Assembly: GCA_014727915.1 (NCBI GenBank) | Contig: WJMO01000003.1 | Coordinates: 1 to 34,024 of the forward strand | Origin: Candidatus Altiarchaeales archaeon | GTDB lineage: Archaea > Altiarchaeota > Altiarchaeia > IMC4 > SCGC-AAA252-I15 | DNA length: 34,024 nucleotides | Direction: 5' to 3' | Part shown: in pieces, positions 1-8,116 of the stretch | How positions within the stretch are numbered: the first letter of the stretch is position 1 | Layout: each line of letters starts with the position of its first letter | The notes under the pieces: model-generated | What the model was told of the DNA's origin: nothing | Databases searched by the model: none | The model's input: the letters and a program-made list of their open reading frames with translations, nothing else | Translations under genes and position numbers: made by a program

Positions 1-1
1 C

Positions 2-1165
2 CAAGAAAACCAGAACCTGAAAGACCAGGACGAGATAAAGAACGTCACCTTACTGAAACGACTAGCCGACGCCTACTGGTACATGGGAGAAGGAAACCGC
101 AACCTCGGAAAAGAAGACGAAGCCACAAACGCATACGAGGAAGCTGCAGGGATATACGGCACATGCGAGTTGGATGTTCACGCCAACCGTTCCAGGGCGC
201 TCAGTATGAAGGTGGAGGGGACGAAGGCCATAAAGTCCGGGGACTATGAGGTGGCGGAGGACAGGCTGAGGAAGTCGCTTGAGTTCATAGGGGAGGTCGT
301 TAAGGCCGGCGGTTTCGAGGTGGAGGAGATAAGGAAGCTGGAGCAGCACGAGGACGAGATCAACAAGATGCTCGAGTCGATAAAGGAGAAGCCTGAGATC
401 ATCGTGTCCGTCAAATGCCCGGAGACCTGCACGGTAGGCGATGAGGTGGCCTTCAATGTCGCCCTTACGAACCCGCTGGATTACCCATTGACAGGCGTGA
501 AGCCGGTGGTAAAGACAGCCGACGGTTTGGAGGTGGCTGAGACCCTCCAGCCTGTGGGGGAGATCGGAGCCAAGAAGACCGTGGAGGCTGGTTTCAGGCT
601 CAAGGCTTTGAAGGGGGGAGAGTACAGGTTCAACCCCTTGGACGTCTCATACGTGGACAACACCGGCAAGTCATTCATGAAGGGAAGCAACGAGGTAATG
701 TTGAAGGTGGTTGAAGGGGGTCCAGGACAGGCCAGGTCAGATTCGGACGCGGTGCCAGGCGAGGGTAAGGCCGTGGAAGAGCCGGTTGTTGGGAAGCCCG
801 GGGAGGCCGATGGCAGAGGGGTGGACGCGGAGCCGCCGAACGTCAAGCTCGAGTTCGGCGGTGATATGGAGGTGAAAGCCGGCGAGGAAGCTGATTTCCA
901 GGGCACCTTGACAAACCTGGGTTCCCAGGACGTATTCGGAGTCAGGATGATTGGAAGCCCATCCGACGACGTTGAGGTGTTGGACGTCCGGGGGGAGAGA
1001 GGTTCGTTGTCTGCTGGCTCTGAGATGGCAGTGTCCCTCAGGTTGAAGGCTGTTAGGGGGGGAAGTTTCAAGCTGACACCCGTTGAGTTGTTCTACAAGG
1101 ACAAGCAGGGCAAGAGGTACTTTAAGAGCAGCGAGGAAGTCGTTGTGAACAGCTCGAAGAGTTAA
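2..1165 (+). CDS. TPR-like helical protein with two C-terminal Ig-like (CARDB/BatD-like) domains; 5' end outside the window
   Basis: The frame of ORF 83..1165 is open back to base 2 (QENQNLKDQDEIKNVTLLKRLADAYWYM...). N-terminal TPR-like helices (ADAYWYMGEG, AIKSGDYEVAEDRLRKSLE) are followed by two similar beta-rich repeats (VGDEVAFNVALTN...LKALKGGEYRFNPLDVSYVDNTGK and AGEEADFQGTLTN...LKAVRGGSFKLTPVELFYKDKQGK). Confidence 0.6.
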   Translation, partial: QENQNLKDQDEIKNVTLLKRLADAYWYMGEGNRNLGKEDEATNAYEEAAGIYGTCELDVHANRSRALSMKVEGTKAIKSGDYEVAEDRLRKSLEFIGEVVKAGGFEVEEIRKLEQHEDEINKMLESIKEKPEIIVSVKCPETCTVGDEVAFNVALTNPLDYPLTGVKPVVKTADGLEVAETLQPVGEIGAKKTVEAGFRLKALKGGEYRFNPLDVSYVDNTGKSFMKGSNEVMLKVVEGGPGQARSDSDAVPGEGKAVEEPVVGKPGEADGRGVDAEPPNVKLEFGGDMEVKAGEEADFQGTLTNLGSQDVFGVRMIGSPSDDVEVLDVRGERGSLSAGSEMAVSLRLKAVRGGSFKLTPVELFYKDKQGKRYFKSSEEVVVNSSKS

Positions 1166-1198
1166 TTAAAAAGGCTGTTTCATATAGATTAAACGGCC

Positions 1199-2143
1199 AT
1201 GGTCGAAAGGGACAAGGATGTTTTCCAGCAGTTCCGCCAGCTGGGGGATGAGATACACAAGAGGGTCGTCGGCAACGATGACGTTATCGAGAACATAGTA
1301 ATCGCTATCTTCGCAGGGGGTAACATCCTTCTTGAGAGCGTCCCTGGTATGGGTAAGACCGTGCTCACCAAGACCATAGCGGAGACCATGGACATGGTGT
1401 TCCGGAGGATACAGTGCACGCCGGACCTGAAAGCCTCCGACATACTCGGGCGTGTTTTATATGATGATAAGACGGGGGAGCAGAGGCTGGAGAAAGGCCC
1501 GATATTCACCAACCTGCTTCTTGTGGACGAGATAAACCGGGCGCAGCCTAAGACGCAGTCGGCGCTGCTGGAGGCCATGGAAGAGAAGATGGTGACGATT
1601 GGAGGGGAGACTCACAAGTTGCCCCAACCATTCACTGTATTAGCTACTCAGAACCCAGTGGAGCAGATGGGCACATTCCCGCTGCCAGAAGCGCAGAACG
1701 ACCGTTTCATGTTCAAGTCCGTCATGCAGTATCTTACATTGGACGAGGAGATGCTCATCGTCAAGTCCAAGACCAAGGACACCGGCATAAGCAAGATATT
1801 CAACCCCCCCGAGATCCTCATCATAAGGGAGGAGATAGAGAACAGCATAACGATATCAGACTCTGTGCTCGAGTACCTTGTTAAGGTTGTGGAGGGCACG
1901 CGGGCCAGGAGGGAGGTGTCTACGGGTGGCAGTCCCAGGGCAACTGTTGTCTTCACCGCCGCTGTTAAGGCCAGGGCTTTCTTCAAGGGCAGGGATTTCG
2001 TGAACGCCGAGGACGTGAAGATGCTGGCATTCCCTATCCTAAGGCACAGGATACTCTTGAACCCGGACTCAAAGGATTTCGGGATAACAACAGATGACAT
2101 AATAGCTAAGGTTCTGGCTCGCGTGGAACCTCCGGTCGACTAG
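1199..2143 (+). CDS. moxR: MoxR-family AAA+ ATPase
   Basis: Walker A SVPGMGKT, RIQCTPDLKASDILG, Walker B LLVDEINRA, TQSALLEAMEE, ATQNPVEQMGTFPLPEAQNDRF and GGSPRA are all MoxR signatures. Confidence 0.95.
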   Translation: MVERDKDVFQQFRQLGDEIHKRVVGNDDVIENIVIAIFAGGNILLESVPGMGKTVLTKTIAETMDMVFRRIQCTPDLKASDILGRVLYDDKTGEQRLEKGPIFTNLLLVDEINRAQPKTQSALLEAMEEKMVTIGGETHKLPQPFTVLATQNPVEQMGTFPLPEAQNDRFMFKSVMQYLTLDEEMLIVKSKTKDTGISKIFNPPEILIIREEIENSITISDSVLEYLVKVVEGTRARREVSTGGSPRATVVFTAAVKARAFFKGRDFVNAEDVKMLAFPILRHRILLNPDSKDFGITTDDIIAKVLARVEPPVD

Positions 2144-2149
2144 GTGAAA

Positions 2150-4507
2150 ATGCGTTCAAAGACTTTAGCGGTTTCTGCGTTTGTGGTTCTGGCAATGTCA
2201 TTTTTAGTTGCAGGAGACGCTCCGCGAATGAACATGGAGGTCAAGTGGTCGCACACCGTGGGCGAGGATATTGGGGCCATCGCCATCGCTGACCAGAACT
2301 CTGACGGCAAGGACGAGGTATTCATCGGCCTCCAGAACAACACAGTCATCGTGTTGGACCGTTTCGGCACGAAGGTCGGGGAGTTCGTGGTCGGGACATC
2401 GGATAAGGTGGGTAAGATATACAGCATGGATGTCTACGACGTGGACGGAGACCACCGGGATGAGATCATACTCGGATTGGGAGGCGCAAAGGAGACGCGG
2501 ACATACGAGCCACAGGACTATGAGATAGACACCGAGGATGTGAGTATAAGACCAAAGGACAAGGTGCTGTACCGGGTTATCAGGTATCACGGCGGGGTCT
2601 ATGTGATAAACACTGATGGAAGCCCGGTATGGAGGTATCTCACAGATGACAGCGTTAAATCAGTGCATGTTATCAAGGGCATCACTGGAGGCAAGGAGGA
2701 TTACATCGCTGCGGGAGTGGGGGACACGGCAATATTCATTTACAATGAGAAGTCCGACGCGCCCATAGCGGGCGAGACCTGCACCAGCGAGGACATTACG
2801 GATGAGGAGTCGGGCTACGCTAGTGAGGAGCTGTGCCTTGACCCCAGCAGGTGCTGCTACGGTCTTCGGGACTGCAGCTGCTGGTGGTCTGAGAGCGAGG
2901 AGGTATGCTATAGGAGTTACACGAAGACCGTGTGCACCGAGGACGCTTCAGGCAGTGATACTGGATGGAGGTATGTCGAGTATAAGACGTTGAACGGTAG
3001 CGTCTTCTTCCTGGGCAAGGACGGGAGGCTCAAGCATAGGTTTGACGTTGTCCTGCTGGATAATAACTTCCGGCCTGTCAAGGACGTGGACAACACCATC
3101 AGGGATTTGACGAGCAAAGACTTGAACCAGGACGAGGAGGATGAGCTCTTGATAGCTTCCAACAACGGACAGATCATAGCATTGAACACTTCGAACATGA
3201 GCCATATCAGAGTATTATGGAAGGAGCGGAAGGCGTTCTCGGAGGGTGCTTCAGGCATCCAATTCGGCGACGAGATACGGAGGGTTCAGGCTGGAGACCT
3301 CAACGGCGACGGTTTCAACGAGGTCGTGGGGGGCAGCAATGCGGGTTTCCTCGTTGCCTTCGACCATAAGGGGCAAGTACTTTGGAAGCAGAGGGTCGAT
3401 GACTCCATATCGGACATAAGATTCTCGGACGTGGAGTTGGATGGCTTCCTCGACGTAATAGTGGCCGTCCGGGATGGGGACATCAACGTGTACAACTCCC
3501 AGGGGGCTGTCAAGTGGAGTTACCCTACTGGGAGGAGGTTGAACGGGATCAGGATAGAGGACCTTGACGGCAACGATCTGATGGAGGTCATCACGTTCAC
3601 GTCGAGGAACGTCACCGTCTTGGAGACGACCGAGTTCTACATAAAGAGGTTCAGGGCTGACACGTTCTATAACACAGCATACGACAACTTCGAAACGGGG
3701 GAGATCACCACCGCGAACGCCTATCTTGAGAAGGCAGAGGAGCTGTACAACGAGATAGGCGACAAGGACAGCCTCATGAAGGTCAATCTGCTGAGGACAA
3801 GGATCAAGGACGAGATAAGGATCAAGTACAAGCAGGACGCAGAGAGGCTTTACATGCAGGCCATGAACTACTATGCCATAAACGATTTCGAGAACTCCGT
3901 CAGGAAGCTCACGGAAGCCAGGGAAGTCTACAGGAAGATCGGGGATGACGAGGGAGTTAGCAAGTGCGACTCGCTTGAAAGGACCATAGCCGAGGACGCG
4001 AGGGGGCAGAGGAAGCTCGAAGCGGACAAGTACTACAACAAGGCGGGGATACTGTTTGAGTTCGGGAACTACACGGGTGCCGTGCAGCTCTTGGACACTG
4101 CAAAATCGATATATGACGAGATAAACCACTACAACGGAAGCGTTCAAACCGACATTCTAGTGACCAAGATAGCTGACAAGAACTATAAGATCGCCTTGAC
4201 CTCTTTCGAAACCAGGGAGTACGAGAAGGCTCTGGAGTTCGCAGAGTATGCTGGACAGCTATACAAGAAGGTAAACTACTACAACGCGTCAGTGAATGCA
4301 ATGAACCTTGCTCTGAAAGCCAATGAGAGCCTCCACAGCCGCCCTGATGTCGGCGAGGGCACGACTAACTATCTGCCTTACATAGCTGGTTTGGCGGTGT
4401 TGGGAGTTGTGATCATAGTGGGGATCAAGCTTCGCAGGCCAAAGTATGATAATCTGGACGTGGACATGACCGGATTGGACGATGACTTGGGGGAAGGGGA
4501 GATATAA
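2150..4507 (+). CDS. Type I membrane protein: signal peptide, FG-GAP/VCBS beta-propeller with Cys-rich insert, TPR region, C-terminal TM helix
   Basis: ATG at 2150 follows AGGTGA. Hydrophobic N-terminus; six DxxxDxxxE/D-type Ca-binding repeats (DQNSDGKDE, DVDGDHRDE, DLNQDEEDE, DLNGDGFNE, DVELDGFLD, DLDGNDLME); about four TPR-like repeats; TM helix YIAGLAVLGVVIIVGIKLRR; acidic tail. Confidence 0.8.
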   Translation: MRSKTLAVSAFVVLAMSFLVAGDAPRMNMEVKWSHTVGEDIGAIAIADQNSDGKDEVFIGLQNNTVIVLDRFGTKVGEFVVGTSDKVGKIYSMDVYDVDGDHRDEIILGLGGAKETRTYEPQDYEIDTEDVSIRPKDKVLYRVIRYHGGVYVINTDGSPVWRYLTDDSVKSVHVIKGITGGKEDYIAAGVGDTAIFIYNEKSDAPIAGETCTSEDITDEESGYASEELCLDPSRCCYGLRDCSCWWSESEEVCYRSYTKTVCTEDASGSDTGWRYVEYKTLNGSVFFLGKDGRLKHRFDVVLLDNNFRPVKDVDNTIRDLTSKDLNQDEEDELLIASNNGQIIALNTSNMSHIRVLWKERKAFSEGASGIQFGDEIRRVQAGDLNGDGFNEVVGGSNAGFLVAFDHKGQVLWKQRVDDSISDIRFSDVELDGFLDVIVAVRDGDINVYNSQGAVKWSYPTGRRLNGIRIEDLDGNDLMEVITFTSRNVTVLETTEFYIKRFRADTFYNTAYDNFETGEITTANAYLEKAEELYNEIGDKDSLMKVNLLRTRIKDEIRIKYKQDAERLYMQAMNYYAINDFENSVRKLTEAREVYRKIGDDEGVSKCDSLERTIAEDARGQRKLEADKYYNKAGILFEFGNYTGAVQLLDTAKSIYDEINHYNGSVQTDILVTKIADKNYKIALTSFETREYEKALEFAEYAGQLYKKVNYYNASVNAMNLALKANESLHSRPDVGEGTTNYLPYIAGLAVLGVVIIVGIKLRRPKYDNLDVDMTGLDDDLGEGEI

Positions 4508-5065
4508 GTGGACGATAAGAACGTCAAGGGGATAGTGTTGGTCCTTGGAGCCTCCATACTGGCACTTTTGTACATAGGCTTCGACTCCGGCTTCGCCCCT
4601 TATGTCATAATAGCTGCTCTTTTACTGTTGATAGTCTCTGCGAAGAGGGATGCGATAGAGGAAAGGATAGAGCCTTCGAAGAAGAATGTTCAGAGGCCGG
4701 GGGAGGACAGCATGGAGAACCGCGAGAAGAAGCTTCTTATGTATTACCTCCTTGAGCTGCTGGACCATAAGAAGACCATTGACATGAAGGAGATCGCCAC
4801 AGACCTTGACATAAGCATATACACGCTCACTGACATCCTGAAGTTCATGAGCAAGCACGACATCATAAAGGTCATATATCCCCCGATGAGGAGTTTTCCC
4901 GTCATCAGGGTGGATGACAAGGAGAAGAGCGAGGCTTTCAGGGAGAAGCTATTCCTCGCCCTTGCGAAGAAGGACTTGCTGGGGAACCCCGTCAAGGAGG
5001 AGTTCAACAAGGAAGTCAAGGAGTATGTGGAGGGCATGAAGCGAAAGAGAGACATCCAGTCATAG
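4508..5065 (+). CDS. Hypothetical membrane protein, two N-terminal TM helices plus a putative winged-helix domain
   Basis: GTG start directly after the upstream stop; two hydrophobic segments; LLDHKKTIDMKEIATDLDISIYTLTDILKFMSKHDIIKV matches a wHTH pattern. Confidence 0.6.
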   Translation: MDDKNVKGIVLVLGASILALLYIGFDSGFAPYVIIAALLLLIVSAKRDAIEERIEPSKKNVQRPGEDSMENREKKLLMYYLLELLDHKKTIDMKEIATDLDISIYTLTDILKFMSKHDIIKVIYPPMRSFPVIRVDDKEKSEAFREKLFLALAKKDLLGNPVKEEFNKEVKEYVEGMKRKRDIQS

Positions 5066-5554
5066 TCCCAATATCCACCCAAAAGTTGTCTTGAATACTG
5101 TGGACATGAGCGTAACCGCTAGGCCGGCGAATGCTATCCCCGCCGATATCGCGAGGAACGCCCTCCGGTTCTTCATCCCGAATATGTGGGCTGCCAGGGA
5201 CCCGCTGTACGCTCCGGTGCCAGGGAGCGGAACGGCTACGAAGAACGCCAGGCCCAACATACCATATCTTTCAACGTAAGGTTGTGCCTTCGACTGGGTT
5301 CTCTCTATGAACCTTTTCAGCGGGGTCTTCTTCATGAGTTCGAAGAACCAGTCCAGGAATATGAAGGCGGGGTAGATGACTGCGATGTTCACCATCACCG
5401 ATGAGACAAGGACCTGGAGGGGGTCGAGTCCGAGCTTCAATATGCCCACTGGTATGCTGCCTCTCAGCTCTATCCAGGGTATGCACGTTATCACCGCCAC
5501 CCAGAGGAGAGGATGCTCGCTAAGCCAGTCAACTGGTATGGAGGTCAGATCCAT
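5060..5554 (-). CDS. COG2426 / putative small multidrug export family membrane protein
   Basis: Signature motifs PWIELRGSIPVG and GLAFFVAVPLPGTGAYSG; several hydrophobic helices. Confidence 0.85.
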   Translation of the reverse strand: MDLTSIPVDWLSEHPLLWVAVITCIPWIELRGSIPVGILKLGLDPLQVLVSSVMVNIAVIYPAFIFLDWFFELMKKTPLKRFIERTQSKAQPYVERYGMLGLAFFVAVPLPGTGAYSGSLAAHIFGMKNRRAFLAISAGIAFAGLAVTLMSTVFKTTFGWILGL

Positions 5555-5596
5555 GGTGAGAGACTATATTTGTTATAAAGAGTAATATATACAGTG

Positions 5597-6742
5597 ATGA
5601 AACGCCTCGCGTCGTTGGTGCTTGTCATTATGTTGGCTGCTCTGGTCTTGAACGTGCAGGCGTTCGTGCTGAAGTCCTACCCCGAGGACACTGTGACCGC
5701 TGAATGGGATGTCTTCCCGGCCTCATACGGGTACGGCCACCATCTGGTATTGGCTGAGGATAGGGATTCGCTTGACACCGGCGACTGGGTGTTCACCGAG
5801 TTCGTGGGTGAGCGAGACGAGTATGAGATGACCTCCTTCGACCTTGCTGGGAGGAGGGTGCAACAGGTCGACCTGCACGTGAGCGGGGAGGCCGACCCCA
5901 CCTTGAACGCGGAGGCCAGCATATACATGGGGGAGTGGTTGGAATCCAAGCCTTTGGAGTTCAGCACTTCGGGGCCTGGTTGGAGGAAGCTGTCATGGCA
6001 GGGTTCCTGGGACCAGGCAGACTTCGACGATCTAAGAGTCGGGCTCACAGCCGTTGGCAGCGGTTCTGAGGTGGACGTTTTCGGTTTGTACGCGGACATC
6101 ATCTACGGTGAGGGCACGCCCGTGCTGTTCCTGGACGTGGGCAACGACACCGACTACGAGTGGGGGGCGGATGACACCTTCAGAGGTCCTGAGCGCCTGA
6201 CCTTGACCGGCGCCATCAACCATTATGTGAGGGGTGGGTGCTGGTGTGTCGGATGCGTGCTCGACGGTGGAAGCGGGAACTGCACGGTTCCCATAGTCAT
6301 AAAGGCGGACATGCCGGGTAACTTGACCGTGAACGACGTTGACCTGACATTCAGCAGGTCGAGGAGCATAGCAGAGGTAGGTTATGGGCAGCCCTTCCGG
6401 AGGGGTGGAGGAGGGTGCTGGAGGGTTGAGCACAGCCCGCCCGGCGGAGGAGAGTTCGTTCCAGAGGGGGGTGTTGCCTTTCCGGTCCCTGAGGACTATG
6501 ACGGAGCAGACTGCAACGCTGAAGTGGAACACCTCTACTCGAAGCTGGACACTAGCCCGCCAAACACAGACGACGCCGTGGACGATGCTATGTACCGGCT
6601 TTTGAACAACACATTGGACGTTAACGAGGATGGCATATTGGACATAGCCATAAACGAGAACATGAGCTTCCAATCAGAGGGTAGGATAGGGGTGCAGACC
6701 CTTTGGGGTCCGGTTCAGATGAGGTTGGTGGTATGGTCTTAG
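5597..6742 (+). CDS. Secreted pilus-locus accessory protein (hypothetical)
   Basis: Sec-type signal MKRLASLVLVIMLAALVLNVQA; acidic beta-rich body with a Cys cluster; C-terminal LWGPVQMRLVVW; overlaps the start of the downstream minor pilin gene. Confidence 0.6.
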   Translation: MKRLASLVLVIMLAALVLNVQAFVLKSYPEDTVTAEWDVFPASYGYGHHLVLAEDRDSLDTGDWVFTEFVGERDEYEMTSFDLAGRRVQQVDLHVSGEADPTLNAEASIYMGEWLESKPLEFSTSGPGWRKLSWQGSWDQADFDDLRVGLTAVGSGSEVDVFGLYADIIYGEGTPVLFLDVGNDTDYEWGADDTFRGPERLTLTGAINHYVRGGCWCVGCVLDGGSGNCTVPIVIKADMPGNLTVNDVDLTFSRSRSIAEVGYGQPFRRGGGGCWRVEHSPPGGGEFVPEGGVAFPVPEDYDGADCNAEVEHLYSKLDTSPPNTDDAVDDAMYRLLNNTLDVNEDGILDIAINENMSFQSEGRIGVQTLWGPVQMRLVVWS

Positions 6743-8079
6743 GCAACAGGGGATATGTTTTCACGCTCATAACCGCAATGCTGGTCTTGATAATACTCTC
6801 CATGATAATGTTCTTCACTGAGGTGTCAGCACCATCCTATGAGGACTCGTCCAACAGGATGAGCGTTGACGAGCTTCACTTCTACGTGGAGTCCGTGAAG
6901 AAGGACGCCAGCCGGGCCATATCCATATCCGGGCAGAGGGCTTCAGCATACGCCATAGACCACATAATACTGACCAATGAGACCTATGGAGGCTATGCCA
7001 TGGACAACTGCACAGGATTCAACTACTCCCTAAGTGGAGTGGAGGCTGCACTGGCCGAGCTGATGGTCTGCGGCACACTGGACAACGCCGAGGAGCCGAC
7101 GGGCAACATAAGGAAGTACATGCTCAACAATACCGTGCTATCATGGACTCGGAGGATGGGGGTAAACCAGACTGGCGGGCTCCCATACAATGTTACCGTT
7201 AAGTTCAGGAACATGAGCATGGGACAGTATGACCCCTGGCATTACGTGATAGTCAGCGAGTTCGACCTCCTGGTCAGGGACTTGTCGTCAAACAACGAGT
7301 ACAGGGGCTACGGCATCCCTGTGGTCTCAACAGTCGATGTTAGCACATTGGAAGACCCTTCGTTCCACATACAATATGACATACCAGCCGAACTGCGGAT
7401 ACTGGAGGAGTGCGGGAGAGAGGGCGTAGTGGACGGGGAGGTTTTGGACCTGTGGATCGATGAGGGATGCTACCATGGCTCGGGCAACAGGTACAATGCG
7501 CCCTCGTTCTTCGACCGCCTGGAAGGCCGGACGTCGCTGAGCCAGAAGTACGTGCTGAGGTCCAGGGAGCTGCTGGAGGATCTGGGGTATGAAATAGAGG
7601 AGATAGGCCTTGAAAGCCTTGTTAACGTGGATTTCCTGAGGGACTATAATGTTTCGGTGAATACCAACCTCAGCCAGGTGGACTACATGTACTGGAACGG
7701 TGTTGAGAGCACCTGCGGCGTATCAGGGATGGAAAAGCACCCTAATTTCAGGATTGACGTGGATCACGCGGTTAAATACGGGGTTAGGGGCCTCAACTGC
7801 GAGGTCGGTATCGATCAGGACCTGGATTTGGAGGATTTCTTCACGCCAGACACCATAACAGTGCCTGTGAACACCACCTTAACATGGGTGGACCACAGTG
7901 GGGTGGATGGAGGGCACGAGCTTTACATAATACCGAACGCATGGGTTGGAACCAAGAATGTGCCTGCTAACGGTAGGTTCCAGTGGTTTTTCAACGAGAC
8001 CGGCGATTACACTGTGATATGCACTTCAGAGGACCATGACGGCTTTTTCCCGATCCATGTGATGGCAGGGGTTGAGTAG
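6733..8079 (+). CDS. Large minor pilin (class III signal peptide) with C-terminal cupredoxin-like domain
   Basis: ATG at 6733 after GGTGG gives MVLGNRG|YVFTLITAMLVLIILSMIMFF (basic residue + Gly cleavage site, then hydrophobic helix). Many N-x-S/T sequons. C-terminus FTPDTITVPVNTTLTW...H...GDYTVICTSEDH resembles plastocyanin/azurin-type domains. Confidence 0.75.
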   Translation: MVLGNRGYVFTLITAMLVLIILSMIMFFTEVSAPSYEDSSNRMSVDELHFYVESVKKDASRAISISGQRASAYAIDHIILTNETYGGYAMDNCTGFNYSLSGVEAALAELMVCGTLDNAEEPTGNIRKYMLNNTVLSWTRRMGVNQTGGLPYNVTVKFRNMSMGQYDPWHYVIVSEFDLLVRDLSSNNEYRGYGIPVVSTVDVSTLEDPSFHIQYDIPAELRILEECGREGVVDGEVLDLWIDEGCYHGSGNRYNAPSFFDRLEGRTSLSQKYVLRSRELLEDLGYEIEEIGLESLVNVDFLRDYNVSVNTNLSQVDYMYWNGVESTCGVSGMEKHPNFRIDVDHAVKYGVRGLNCEVGIDQDLDLEDFFTPDTITVPVNTTLTWVDHSGVDGGHELYIIPNAWVGTKNVPANGRFQWFFNETGDYTVICTSEDHDGFFPIHVMAGVE

Positions 8080-8116
8080 TATTTATTGCACTGATAGAAT
8101 AATTAATCGACTGAAC

